From Okamejei kenojei (taxonomy: Eukaryota): 64,000 nt of DNA. Shown here piece by piece: positions 27,742-40,544 of this stretch. A program made the translations under genes and the position numbers. The notes under the pieces were generated by a model. The model searched no databases. It was given only the letters and a program-made list of their open reading frames with translations, and had not been told where the DNA came from. The DNA lies in contig CM069157.1 in the NCBI GenBank assembly GCA_035221665.1, positions 16,802,001 to 16,866,000 of the forward strand, read 5' to 3'. How positions within the stretch are numbered: position 1 is the first letter of the stretch; each line of letters opens with the position of its first letter.

Positions 27742-29175
27742 TGAACCATTGTGTTCCAGCCCTTTGTTCTATCTGCTTTGCATCACAGGATTGAAAAGCC
27801 TTGGTTACACAATCATGATCTGTAGCTGTTCCGTTCTAGCGGGCTTGCATTTTTGCCACTTGCCCACTGATGACCAGTGTCGATAATTTAATAATGCTAA
27901 ATTCGTCAACATTGATTTCTTAATTCAACAAAACAGTTCATCCCCATTTCATTTTTGCTTGATCTGTTGTAATACTCAGTAGCTGAGCAGGGTATTGTTG
28001 CTAACTTTATGCCAGTCCAAAGGTCAGTTTCCAGAAGGAAGTAAATTCTTTCCTCTGAAGCAGCCAATGTACATTTAGTGAAGCCAGCTGTGCAAAGCTG
28101 GTAAAAATCAGTCTTCCATGTACAAAATAATTTTGAAATGGTTTTCCCTTTTAGGGTAAAGTGGTTATTTTGGTTCATTTATTTTTCTGGATGCCATGTC
28201 AACAATGTAACTATTTTTATCACTTTGTGGTACAATCAAAATTGGAGCTGTGTGGACATCTGTCATTAAATTGTGCAAAAAGATTTTCTTTACCTGAGAA
28301 AGAAAGAGAATTAAATTTAAGAAGTATGCTGTCATTTTTTTTCCCTCCCTCATCCTCTTAAACAGGCATTATAATTGCATTATAATCCCATCATAATTAG
28401 AATTTGATCTTGTTTTGTAAATTCTGAAGCACATTATAGCCACTTAAGATGAACACGAGCCACAGTTCCTCTGAAGCATTTCAAATGAAGGAAGAAATAC
28501 TTTAGCTTGGATTGTACAAATGTAATTGAAATAGTTTTTACTAATAAAATGTACAAAAATAATTCTGACAATTAAAATGAATTCTGGAATAGCATGGTGC
28601 ACTAGTTCTGAGCTTTTAATTGTCTGATCTTAATGCTACATTTCATCTTTTAGAGTTAATCTTAAATTTCTGTTGAAACATGTAATGAATAAAATTGCTC
28701 TCACTGTGTTAAGTAGAATAGACTATATCACGGATCGTTATGGCAGAGTAAGCACAGGTCTTTACTCTTAGAAGTCAAAAGCACGTGTCACTTGCATTGA
28801 TGAATCTAATGCTCAGCAGGAGGCCGGTTAAACGAAATGCGCTAAGTGCAGCCAGCATCTGCAGATGGAGCTCATTACACTGTTTGTAATAAATTGAATC
28901 TAAGAAGTGCCTGTCCTTTTCCCGGGTTTGGACCAGGAAAAGGAGGCGGATTCTGATGCGATTTGATTTCCAAAAACTAATTGATTCGTTTCAGCTTGCA
29001 GTTTGAGTGGGCCTGATTCTGTTTAAAAACCCTATTTTACATATGGACTGTGTTCAGCTGTGTGTCAGATAACTTCTGTTTTCTAGTCTGGAATTTATTT
29101 AATTTTGCAGAGGGAGGGGGTTGGGGCTTGTTTTTATTTGAGAAGATTTCAAAAATTGAAACAATGTGTTTGCAG

Positions 29176-29225
29176 ATCTCACGCGCGAAGAGGCCATTGA
29201 GCTCTTGAAGAAATGCTTGCTAGAG
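29176..29225 (+). CDS. PSMB2: PSMB2 coding exon 5 (DLTREEAIELLKKCLLE)
   Basis: tttgcag acceptor, GTGAGA donor, 50 nt, in phase. Confidence 0.96.
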
Positions 29226-29814
29226 GTGAGATCCAAATCTGAGTGGAATTCTGTAACAAAATTTGTTCTTTATATAAAATACATTATTCATCTCTGGGTT
29301 TCTGAAACTTGCGGCACATGTTTATATTTTCACACGTTGACATCAAAACATCCAGCCTGGTCCTTGTAATTTTGGCCTTGTGCTTTGAACGGGTATCACT
29401 AGGTCTGTTCAAGACGGTTTCCTTTAAAGAGCGCATTCTCAGCTTTTACTGAGTTTTGATATTAACTGCTCTGGATAAATGTTCAGGGAGTGAACACACT
29501 TTTCATCTTCTGCATGTGTATCCTGATATCAATTGAGTAGTATTGATGTTCATGTCTTCACTTTTCTCTCTAATTATTATGCTTTTATTAACATTTTCTG
29601 GGTGGGAGGGAGCTCATTTAAGACAGAAAGGTATAGTTGCTGCTCTTCCATACACTGCTGACAAAGGGATTAGCAAATGTGAAAATGCCCAGTTACTCAA
29701 ATGCACCCCATCTTTCTCCAGTGCTGTATTTCCATATTGGGCTTGTATGTGACATTAATCGTATGTTGAAATTTTGGATTGATTGAATTTGGTTGTAATT
29801 GTTTTGTCTTTCAG

Positions 29815-29916
29815 ATCCAGAAACGATTTATTCTGAACCTTCCCACCTTTACTGTTCGAATCATTGATAAGGATGGTGTTCATGATATGGAACAGATTAC
29901 AGTGTCAAAGATATAA
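29815..29916 (+). CDS. PSMB2: PSMB2 coding exon 6 ([33 protein letters not shown])
   Basis: tttcag acceptor, TAA at 29914-29916; the six exons sum to 600 nt = 199 aa + stop. Confidence 0.96.
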   Translation: MQKRFILNLPTFTVRIIDKDGVHDMEQITVSKI

Positions 29917-29971
29917 TTGTACTTTTTTTTGGCTTTTTTTACTTGTAGAAATTTATTATGTATATGAGCCC

Positions 29972-29977
29972 AATAAA
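29972..29977 (+). terminator. Likely PSMB2 polyadenylation signal
   Basis: AATAAA 55 nt after the stop codon, with T/GT-rich sequence downstream. Confidence 0.7.
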
Positions 29978-32900
29978 GCCTAAGGTTCACACGAAGTTAT
30001 GGAGTTTGTTTGAAAATATGACCTCACTTATGCACACACACACGATTTATACGCTTCCAATGTATGTTGGTACAATGTTAATTGGCCATGAGTTTCAGAA
30101 AAATGCTCATAAGTAATTTGCAAAACTATGTAAAATAAATATTTCTGAAATACCGGATGATGCTCTAGTCTAGCATCCTTGTGACTGACCTGTGCTGGAC
30201 CACAGAAATTATCCCCTGATCATCTTCTTCCGAGTAGGAGATGGGTTTGGTGGGACAATTACAGGAAATGGAAGCTGGAGAACTCCAAGAATCGTCCATG
30301 ATCTGGTTTTCATAAAATGGAAATGCTATCAGCTAAGATTTATAAAACTTGCACTGGTAGCTGCAGATTAGTACACATCTTAGTTCATGGTAAATCTGAG
30401 CTAGAATTGGTTAATTAGTAAAGATATGTAGTACAATTTTAAAAACATGCCAGACCAGAGAGTTTAAACTTGTGCTCTGCAAAGAATTGTTTTGTCACCA
30501 GCAGTTTGCCAGTCTAATCTTTGATTTGAGGGCTAATTATTTGAACTGAATCTCGAATGTACATTTAAATTTGGGGTCGTGATGTCTTACTCAAAGCATT
30601 CGAGTTCATTCAATTTATGTTATGCTGCAGTCTTGCAGCAACAGAGGAACAAGGTGAAAGTGATCAGATTATTGCAGTTCAACAGTTGATTGGACATCTG
30701 CTAAAATTTAATTGTTTTATGCTAGAAATTGGCATGTATTTTTTATAATCATGACTCTCCGTGTTATTTTGGAAAAGTTATGCTCTATTACATGTGACAG
30801 ATTATCTGAACACTTTGTGTACTTTTACAAAATATAAATTCAGATAGTTTGGACCAAGATCAATCTGGATAGATTGATGTATATGCCCCAGTTTTTTTTT
30901 TTTGTTGGTTCCAGCTTACTCTACTGGAGGATCTAAACACCTGTTTTTTATTAAATAAAACATAATGTTGCTCTTTTCTGTTCCACCATGGGTCATAACG
31001 GAAATATTCAGAATTCTTGTAAATAACATTTATTTCGCTCATTTTTGAATCATTGTTTGCTGTAGAAGAATTTTAATCAAAAGTAAAATTAATTTAAACC
31101 CATCAATTGTCAGATCCACTGCTAGGACTTAGTTTAAACCAAATATCAGTCAATGTTTGAAAGGCTAACTTTCATGGTCAGATTCAGGCAAGTGTGTGAT
31201 CTTGTCGCTGATTTACATAAGATCAACCACAGCTGCTGTATATTACCCCCCACCCCCAGTAAATCATCAAACCAGCAAATACTAATATATTGAACTTGCA
31301 TTTCTCTGTACTACTCATCGCAACATTTCAATGTAACGACATATACAGTGGTTGAAGTTTCCCACCATATAAGAAGTGATAGTTAAAAATAATATTGTTA
31401 TTAAAGGTTAGAGAGACTCTGAATTATTTCACATTGAAATGAGCTATCATTTAAAAAGTGGAAGATTTCTCTACACGTTTATCTACATGGGCCTTCTATA
31501 ATGCTGGGTTTAAAGTTAATTTGTCAATCTGCAACTTCACTGAGGATTGTTCACTTATATTGTTGGATGTGAAGGGATATAGGGTCGGTTAAGAAAAGTG
31601 GCCCTGGGGCAAAAGACCAGGTATGATTTATTCAATGGTGGAGCAGGTGCGAAGAGCCCAATGGCCTACTCCTGATTCTATTTATGTTCGTATCAGTGGG
31701 TAAGATTGAGTTAAATCACTTTTTTCTTGAATTGCATCAACAACTGTTTTTAGCCTTCTATCTGTAGGGCACAGCAGTCGTGATTTTATTGCTGTTTTCT
31801 CCTGTGTATTAATGCAACATTTTATCATTTATCAGTCAACCATATCCATTGCATCTCCACAGAGAGCATGAGCATTGTCATAACTTATCACCAAAGATGC
31901 TCCTTTTTTTCAGCAAGAACAGGTTTCGCCTGGCTTTTCTGAACATAAAAGAAAGTCATGCCAGCCAGAACGTCGATTGAAATGCTGAGCATTTTTCTTG
32001 AGGAAGTTTGTTTTGCAGCCAGCTTTTGCTTCAAGATCCCCTTGTGAAAGGAAATGTCACTGTTCTAATAGGGATCTTGTATATCTAATTATTGCAGATG
32101 TGTGCAAAGTTTTTATGATTTAGAAAATTGTGAAACCTAACCATATTTACATTCAATTTGTTTGATGGGTCCAATAGCGTGACATACAAATATATCAGAT
32201 ACTGAGAGACGTAATACTTATCAGCCTCTTCACCTGTCCCTTTGTTTTATTTTCTGTGCCTGTCTCAATGCGGTGATCTTTATTCAGTGGTGCTCATGTG
32301 CACAGAGGTGATTAATAGACATTTGATAATTATTGCTCCAAAATAAACTCGTATTAATCAGTTTGAAAGTAACATATGTTTTGCCTGAGGCTGGAGACCC
32401 TCCAGCTTCCCCGCTGAGAGAGAGAGGCTGCAAGGCAGCAAGGGTATTACCCCTGTCATTGCAGGCATAGGACCAGCCAGCAGCTTTCATTGAGAATTTC
32501 ATGCCATTAGGAATATGATGAGGATCCTTTTCATATACAAAAAAAAAAGAGATTATTATTTGAAGCCTTTTGGAAATAAGCAGTTGGGAGCTGCTGAAAA
32601 TATGGCAATTCTATAGTGCAGATTTTTTTTTTTGTGGGTAATTCCCCACAAGGGAGCATAATCTTAATATTCATCAAGCTTTTCAGTTGAATCCGGATGC
32701 CTTTCTTCAAACATTTGTAGAAACCAAGAACTGTCTTGTCCAAAAGGGCAATGGATGCTGGGTCAACTGGTTTTGAAGGCCTGAAATTATTTTTTGTCGG
32801 TTAGCAGTATCAAGGGAGATTAATCAAAATAAGCTGAGGCAGCAAGTTTATTGCTGGTTGGCCTTGTGCTGTGTGGACTTCTTCAAAGCCAAGTTTCCAC

Positions 32901-35900
32901 ATTTAACATTGCTGCCATTCATACTCGCCTTTTGTTTTCTTTACAACTGAAATATTTTGATCGGTTCGCAAATGTTAAAAATTGTACTCGAACATGGCAG
33001 AAGGTGTTGGTGTTCCTTGTTCAGTGGGAGAAATTGTATTAAGTGAATAACAAATTCATAACGGCCTACCATCATTTACTAATTTTAAAATAAAAAATGA
33101 GATGTTGAAATATTCAGTCAACGAGGCAGCATCCGTGGAGAGAATGTTTCAGCACAATGACTCATCAGAGCTGGAAAAGCGAGAAAGCCAAGAGTACTAA
33201 ATTGCAATGAGAACAAAATAATATCTGACGGAGTGAGATAAAGATGTGCAAGTGACACAATTGCTTTTGATCTGTCAGAGAGAGAAAGAGAGAGTTGATC
33301 TATTTGGAGGAGCATACTGTAAATAGAGACATAAATGAGAGGTGGAGTAAACAGCAACATGCAAGAACTTGGATGTGGAATACAGCAGTTACTGGAAATA
33401 TTAAATAAAGAGCTAAATTGTTCTGATTAAGTTTGCACTTACGGAGAAAGCAAAATTAAAACTGAAATATTGTTGCAGATGGATGACTTTGCTTCCGAAT
33501 GAGGCAGCTCTGATACAAACAGGAAAAGCTCATCAGTAATGTTGAGTCCTGAGGGCTGCAACCTGGAAGTCGAGATGCTGATTCTTGCGCTAACATTGGA
33601 CTTTGATGGGTAGAACGATGGTCAGAAATGGAAATACAATGTACGATGGGAATGGGCATTTATATGAGTAGTTGTATTTCTTGTGATTGTAAGGTAAAAC
33701 GTCATGTGAAATGGAGCCTTTTGGCTTTAAGATTGGCACATGGACCTGCAGAAAATGGAGAGATCTGGATCACATGCAGGCAGAGGAAAATAGATTAATG
33801 TGTCTTCATGTTTGGCATGGACGTTGTGGGCCAAAGGGCCTGTTCCTGTGCTACACTGTTCTATGTTAGTGGAGATTGAGAGGAAACGAGAGAAGGGATC
33901 AGCGAGTCACAGAGGGAACAGTGCCTTTGTCCGGATAGATTTGTCCGGCTGTAAAATCTTGTTGAAGGTTGTGGGAATTAGGGGCTGCTCCTTTGGATGT
34001 GGAGACTGGCAGGGTAGCTGTGAGGGCAGCGGGTACACCGGCATTGCTTTGGCTGTGCAGGCGGGGTGAAAGAAGTGCAGGAAATAACTGAAATGTGTTG
34101 TGAATCCTGTCAACTATGAGGGGGGAAGGAAGGCGACTCAAAATCACAGTCTTGTCATTGGAAAAGGTTGAGATGAAGAAACTGGGGAAAATGCAATGGT
34201 GTCCTCACAGGGAGCAGAGTGCAAGAGGTACAGTCTAGATAGCCATAGAAGTCAGTATGCTCAATCACTTAAAGGTTCACAATAATCCTGGTCCAATACT
34301 GTAATAAAGGACACAAAATGCTGGAGTAACTCAGCGGGTCAGACAGCATTTCTACAGAAGGTGACATTTTGGGTCCAGACCCTTCTTCAGACTGAAGAAG
34401 TTTCCTGACCTGAATCCAGAGAGGCTGCCTGACCTGCATTTTGTGTCTTTTTTTGTAAATCAGCATCTGCAGTTCCTTGCAGCCACGCTGTAGTAAAATA
34501 TGCTTTTTTAAAATAATCAAGCTTTTCAACATCCTTTTTTTGACACGGGTTGCTTCCAAATTTTCTGCTTACAGAATAAAAATATATGTATATTTAAAAA
34601 ATCTGTAATTTTGTGCAATGTAGATGTGCATAGGGAGACTTGTAGTCAGAATGAGTTCACGTGGGTATGGTAGGGTGTTGGAGTACTGAACGTTACTACA
34701 AGCATCTGCTAGTATTCAGGTGAATAACTTAAGTATCTACAGCTTTATTCACCAATAGGTTCAGTTTATGTATTGAAAGCTTTATGATTATTTTTGAGAG
34801 TTTGATAATATTCATGTTCCTGCCTTTTCCACATTTAGTTATGTTACCTGATATTAAAGAAAAATACATATGAATAAAACTTTCCCTTTACATTCTTTCA
34901 GAGGGAAAAACATTCACAGATGCTCCCAGAGCACTCATAATCAAAGATTTATTTTGAGTTTGTTATTTGTTGCATAACTAAGTTACTAAAAGCAATGGGT
35001 AAATCTAGTAGCCAAGTGGAAGCACATTGAAAATATATTTGCATGTTAATATGGACCAGTTTTATGATACATAACGACGCAAGATACCTTTTTGAACTTG
35101 AGTTAGTAATTTCCATTCAAAGCTAAACTGATTCTAATATTTTTTGATGAGAAAATTGTCAACAAGGAGTAAAATTTTACTGTATTCTTTGAAGTGGAAA
35201 AGGATAAATGATTCTGAAAATCTTTCCCCTTTCACATTAAACCTTTGCCCTCTAGTTCTTGATTGCCCAACCCTGCAAAAAGGACTGTGCATTCACCCTA
35301 TTTTTTTCCCTTTCTCCTTTTTTCTGATGAGGACTTCACTTTTTCTCGTCATCCTGAGTTCCCAACCTGTACCTATTTTACCATTCACTTTAACAGGAAT
35401 ATGTATACCTTGAACTTTCACTATCACACTTTTAAAAACATCCTGCTTTCTAGACATCCCTTCACCGGCAAATAACCTATACCAATCAACTTTTGTCAGT
35501 TCTTGTCTAATATCATCAACATTTACCTTGTACTCATTTTAAACTTTAAACTTGTGTACCAGCCCTGTCCTTATCCACAACTATTTTATAGATAATAGAA
35601 CTGTGGTCACTATTCCCAAAAGGCTCCCCATCAGTTGGCTGAACACCGCATTTCAAAGCAGAGATACAGTATCCACTGATTGCTTGTGTAGTTAATTTAT
35701 TGTTATCAAACTTCTTTTAATTCTCTATGACTGATGCATCGGAAGTTACATAAACAAATCGAGCAAAGTTTGATTTGCTTCTTCAGCTTTAACTTGAATA
35801 AACATTTCTGCTTCGCTATTTGTGAAGATAGTAACTGTAATGCGTGGTCTTTGCCGCCTAGATTTTTCTTGCATAAGATGCCATTTGTTTGATTCACAAT

Positions 35901-36949
35901 GATGAGGAAATCCGAGGTCAGGTTATCGGAGACCACGAGAAAGCACTTGGTTACGAGAATGCCAGGCTAAATGATTCAATAGCCGAACTAAACGCTCGTG
36001 TGACTGTGCCCTCTAATTCTGTTATACTCATGAAATTCATTGGAACAAAGTATTAGCCTCTTTTGCTAAATGCTGACGTTTTGTTTTGGTTAAAGAGCAT
36101 TGTTGGTGACAGATTAGGGTCCAATATGAGTGTATGTATATATATGTGTGTGTGCGTGTGTCTGTTTGGAAACAGCTGCAGCCATCAGCTGCCTGTCCCC
36201 ATTGTTGAGGTCAAAGGTACTCAGTCATTTACAATACGTCTATTATTACCACTTTAGTGAAGCGCAGAGTGACAGGGTAATCCTGGCCTGTCACAATTCA
36301 CTATTCTCTGCGTATTCTTGGCGACCCTCTCACATACCCTCCAACCCACAACTTGGCAACTGAACACCAGCCTTCAGAGAGTTTAATTGCTAATAATCCC
36401 AGTTAAATGAAACGGGAACTAAGTGATCCCTCCTTTTTATCATCATCTATGTAATATGTATGTAGAATTTCAGTGGTCAAACAAAATCAAGTTCAATATG
36501 TTTAACTTTTGGGAATATTTAAGTGCTGTGTATGGGAATTTCTCTTATTCCACTTGACAATTGATCATTTAAAACTGTTGGGGAATTTGCTGGAATGGGA
36601 ATTGTCTTGGGTGCAACCAAAAGTCTCTAACGTCTTGAAGCACTGCAGCACAAACATCGCCGGGTAAACGTGGAGACACAAGATTACAGATGCAGGTCGG
36701 ACAGCAATTGGGCAGTGAATGGCAGCAACATTTCATGGCTGGACCCTCCTGACTGATTACAGAAGGGTTCCAACCCGAAACGGCACCTGTCTATACAAAC
36801 TGATCCAGTCTGATGAAGGGCCCCAGCCTGTAATGTAGTCCTCTCCAGATGTTCATGAGTTGCTCCAACGCTTTGTTGGGTAAAAGTGGTCACAGCCTCC
36901 AGTCACAAGAAAATAACAGGTCACATCTGAACTTCACTCCTCACTTCCC

Positions 36950-37885
36950 TAATGACAGTAACATTGGTGGTATAATGGCACTAAAGAAGGATTACAATGG
37001 GACCCTGATTAACTGGAGCAGCAGGTGGAGGAATGGAAAATGGCGTTTACTTCAGTTATACAGTATGCAAGGTTGGCAGGGTTTGCATAATAAATGGTGG
37101 GGTCCTCTGTAGTCAAACAGAGAGACTTAATGGTGGAGTTTATAGTTCCATGAAGGTGGGGACATAGGTAGGTAGGACGGTGAAGAAGGTTTTTGGCACA
37201 CTTGCCTTTATTGGTCAGGATATTGAATATTGGAGATAGACACAAACTGCTGAAGTAACTCAGCGGGTCAGGCAGCATCTCTTGAGAAAAGGAATAGATG
37301 TTTTGGGTCGAGACCCTTGTGACTGTTTTGAACATAGGAGTAGGATGTCATGTTACTGCTAAACAAAACATTGATAAAGCCATTTTTGGAATATTGTGTA
37401 TATTTCTGGTTGTCCTGTTATAGGAAGGATACCATTAAAATAGAAAGTGTGTAAAATAGATTTATGGGGATGTTGCCACATCTGGAGGCTTTGATTTACA
37501 AGGAGAGGGCGATAGAGTGGGTCTCTGGACCATGGAAGGCTGAAGGGTGACCTTATGAAGTTTATAAAATCATGAGGGGCAAAGATAATGTGAATAGCTG
37601 TAGCTTTATGCTCCAGATTAATGGAGTCTAAAACTGGAAAGGAAATGGTGAAAGGGGAAGGATTTAAACGGGGCCTGACTGGCAAGATTTTTACACAGAT
37701 GGTGGTGCGTACATGGAACAAACTGCCTGAGGAAGTTGTAGAGGCAGGTGCAATTATGACATTTAATTGTACAGGTGAGATAGGAATAATTTGGAGCATT
37801 ATGGGCTCGGGGCAGGCCAGTGGGACTGGCTTGGTCAGGCAACTTGGGCTGCAGGCACAAGTTGGACTGAAGGTCTTGTTTCCGA
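36950..37885 (+). mobile_element. Decayed CR1-type LINE interrupted by a Penelope-derived repeat (~37234-37325)
   Basis: IFTQMVVRTWNKLPEEVVEAG peptide and upstream RT-tail similarity. Confidence 0.75.
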
Positions 37886-38089
37886 GCAATATAGCTCTAA
37901 AACTCAAGCACTCAATATTAGGCTATTAGGAAATCCATCCATTAAATAATGGAAACTTCTTCAATTCATTTGTGACAGAAGTCTCTGTTCCATTTGTCTC
38001 TTGTTGGGTGGTTTTGTTAGTATTTTGACGTGAAAATTTAAGTCTGATTCTTATCCTTGCATGACGTTATTTTTTTACATTATATTAGG

Positions 38090-38643
38090 TGGCCTCAAGA
38101 AAACTTTAGAGGACTGCGTGCAATTCTGGACGACACATCACAGGACGGATGTGGAGGCATTGGAGAAGGCACAATGAGATTTACTAGAATCATGCCTGGA
38201 TTCTGGAGTGTTAGCTACAGGGAGAGGTTAGGTAGGCCTGGATTAGTTTATCTGGAATGCTGGATGTTGAGGGGAGACCTGATAGAAGTACATAAACTTA
38301 TGAAAGGTACAGATAGAGCAGACACTCAGAACCTTTATCCCAGGATGGAAATATCAAATACCAGTGGGCACAGCTTTAAGATGAGTGGGATAAATAAAGG
38401 AGATGTGAAGGGCAAGTTTATTTTCACAGTCGGTGGCAAGTGCCTGGAGTGCACAGCCAAGGGTAGTGGTATTGGCAGGTACAACAGTGGCTTTTTAAGA
38501 CTTCTAAATATTCTCAGGGATATGCAGAGAATGGAGCGCTATGGATTGTGTGCAGTTGGATAAGTAAGTGTTGGTCGTGGTATCGTGTTTGACACAGATT
38601 TTGTGGCCCAAAGGGCTTGTTGTTGTGCTGTACTGTTCTATGT
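38090..38643 (+). mobile_element. Decayed CR1-type LINE 3' fragment
   Basis: RFTRIMPG…SYRERL…LRGDLIEV peptide. Confidence 0.75.
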
Positions 38644-39082
38644 CCTATTTGCAAAAGCCACTTTCCTTTGTCTCAATCAGTTCCAGAGACTTCTCATTTG
38701 TTATGTGGAAGAAAGTCCGGCTATGTTTTACATTTAAGAGCAAGGTTAATAATTCCCTTCAAAATGTAAGTTTCTACATCCATTAGATCTGCAGATCAAT
38801 ATGCAATGAATTCTGTGCATCCACAGTTGGAGAATTTCATCAATAAAGCCACTTTTATACTTGTGTTTCAGGACACCAATGCTCATAATGAAACCTGCAA
38901 TTAATGCTCTCCCTAATCCACTTCTATTTCAAATTTTGATTATAGTAAATGCTCTCCCTCTCATTTCTTGGCTAGGTAGTAAATGCTCTCCTTACATTTT
39001 CCTCCAGATTCATAAAATGATTAGCTGCAGGCAACATCGCAAGATTTTGTCTACAGTCACTTTGGCATTTTAGTCACTGAGT

Positions 39083-39110
39083 CTGAAGACGGGTTTCGGC
39101 CCGAAACGTT
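39083..39110 (+). ncRNA. Minimal hammerhead-ribozyme-like motif (best-preserved copy)
   Basis: CUGAAGA-c-GGGU(UUCG)GCCC-GAAAC-GUU: both core boxes, 4-bp stem II, palindromic ACGU; activity not demonstrated. Confidence 0.55.
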
Positions 39111-40207
39111 GCCTATCTCCTTCGCTCCATAGATGCTACTGCACCCGCTGAGTTTCTCCAGCTTTTTGTGTACCGTCACTTTAGCAATGTAGTTGCTCCT
39201 TTATGCATTGAACCTTCATCAGACTGAAGATCAGAATAGAAAACAGTTGAGAGACCACAAGCTCCACCTGTTAACCCCCATCCCCTACTCTCACCCAACC
39301 CGAAACTTCACCCATCCTTTTTCTCCAGAGATGCTGCCTGACCCGCTGAGTTTCTCCAGCACTTTGTGTCTTTCTCTGGTATAAACCAGCATCTGCAGTT
39401 CTTTGTTTTTAAAGTTTCTGTTGGTCTGATACAGAGCACACAATCTCCTCACGTGCAAATGAACTGAAAATATAGAGCGCACAGTGCAACTCTGGCAATA
39501 GAGAGCCCTGCATATGTGTTGGGTCACACTCTTAACTTGTTACTATTACTTTCTTTCTCATCAAAACATGGAGCCCAAAGAGCCTCCAATTAGGAAAATT
39601 CTGAAAACCAGCCAAATTTCTCAGTTATCTGCTGCATTTTTTGCCATAAGTATCATAAGGTTATGGGTTACAATTGTTAATTCTCATGAAGCTAAAGTTT
39701 CAAATGCAGGACAGAAACTAAAAGCTGAGTTGCAATCAGTGAACAAAATATACCTAAGAACATACAGTATATATTTTATCAATCACTAAATTATAGTTAA
39801 ATAAATCCATTAGTACTTAATAAAAGATTATGTATTGAATTCATCATAAATTAAAACATAGATCACCATACAGAAGGCTCCTATTTAAGTTACTGAACTA
39901 GCAAACATGGGCTTGCGTGATTTTCAAGGTCAAATTCTTCTATGCCAGCTGGGGAATTTAAGATTTTTAATTGAATAAATAAATTAGTAAAATCTTGTTA
40001 TTCCTATTGGGGATCTTGAAACAATTGAATTGTTGTAATATTAACATTCTAGTTCACTGAAGTCCTTTGAGGAAGAAAATATACTGACTTAACTAGCCTG
40101 GCCCATACTGTGCGTGTCTCCCGACGCATAGTAAGATAATTGACTCCCAAAGCCTAACATTAAAAGATGGGTCCAGGAGCAATCAGTGATAGGATCAGTG
40201 ACAGTGA

Positions 40208-40544
40208 AGGGCCTGTCCCACTGTACGAGGTTAAAAAAAAAATCTAACTCGTGGTAAGCACGTAGAATGTACGTAGTGGGTACGTCGGAGCTCGGGACGT
40301 CTCTTAGAGGCTCGTAACGCTAACGGCAGATACTCGGGAAACGCGGTAAGCTCGTGAAGACTCGTGAAGATTTTTCAACATGTTGAAAAACGTTTCAACA
40401 TTTGAAAAGATGTTTTCAACATGTTGATAAATGTCCACGAGAGCCCCGAGTACCTACGAGCGGCTATTACCGTAATTCTCCAAGTTTGAATCGGGGGAAA
40501 CTCGGGAGAACTCTTGAATTAGCTTGTACAGTGGGACAGCCCCA
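40208..40544. mobile_element. MITE, probably PIF/Harbinger type
   Basis: ~23-bp TIRs GGGCCTGTCCCACTGTACGAGGT / AGCTTGTACAGTGGGACAGCCCC; 3-bp TGA flanks; CpG-rich interior. Confidence 0.8.

Noticed and set aside
37359-38563. Long ORFs of 182 and 168 aa
   Set aside because: Sense or antisense frames of decayed CR1 LINEs.
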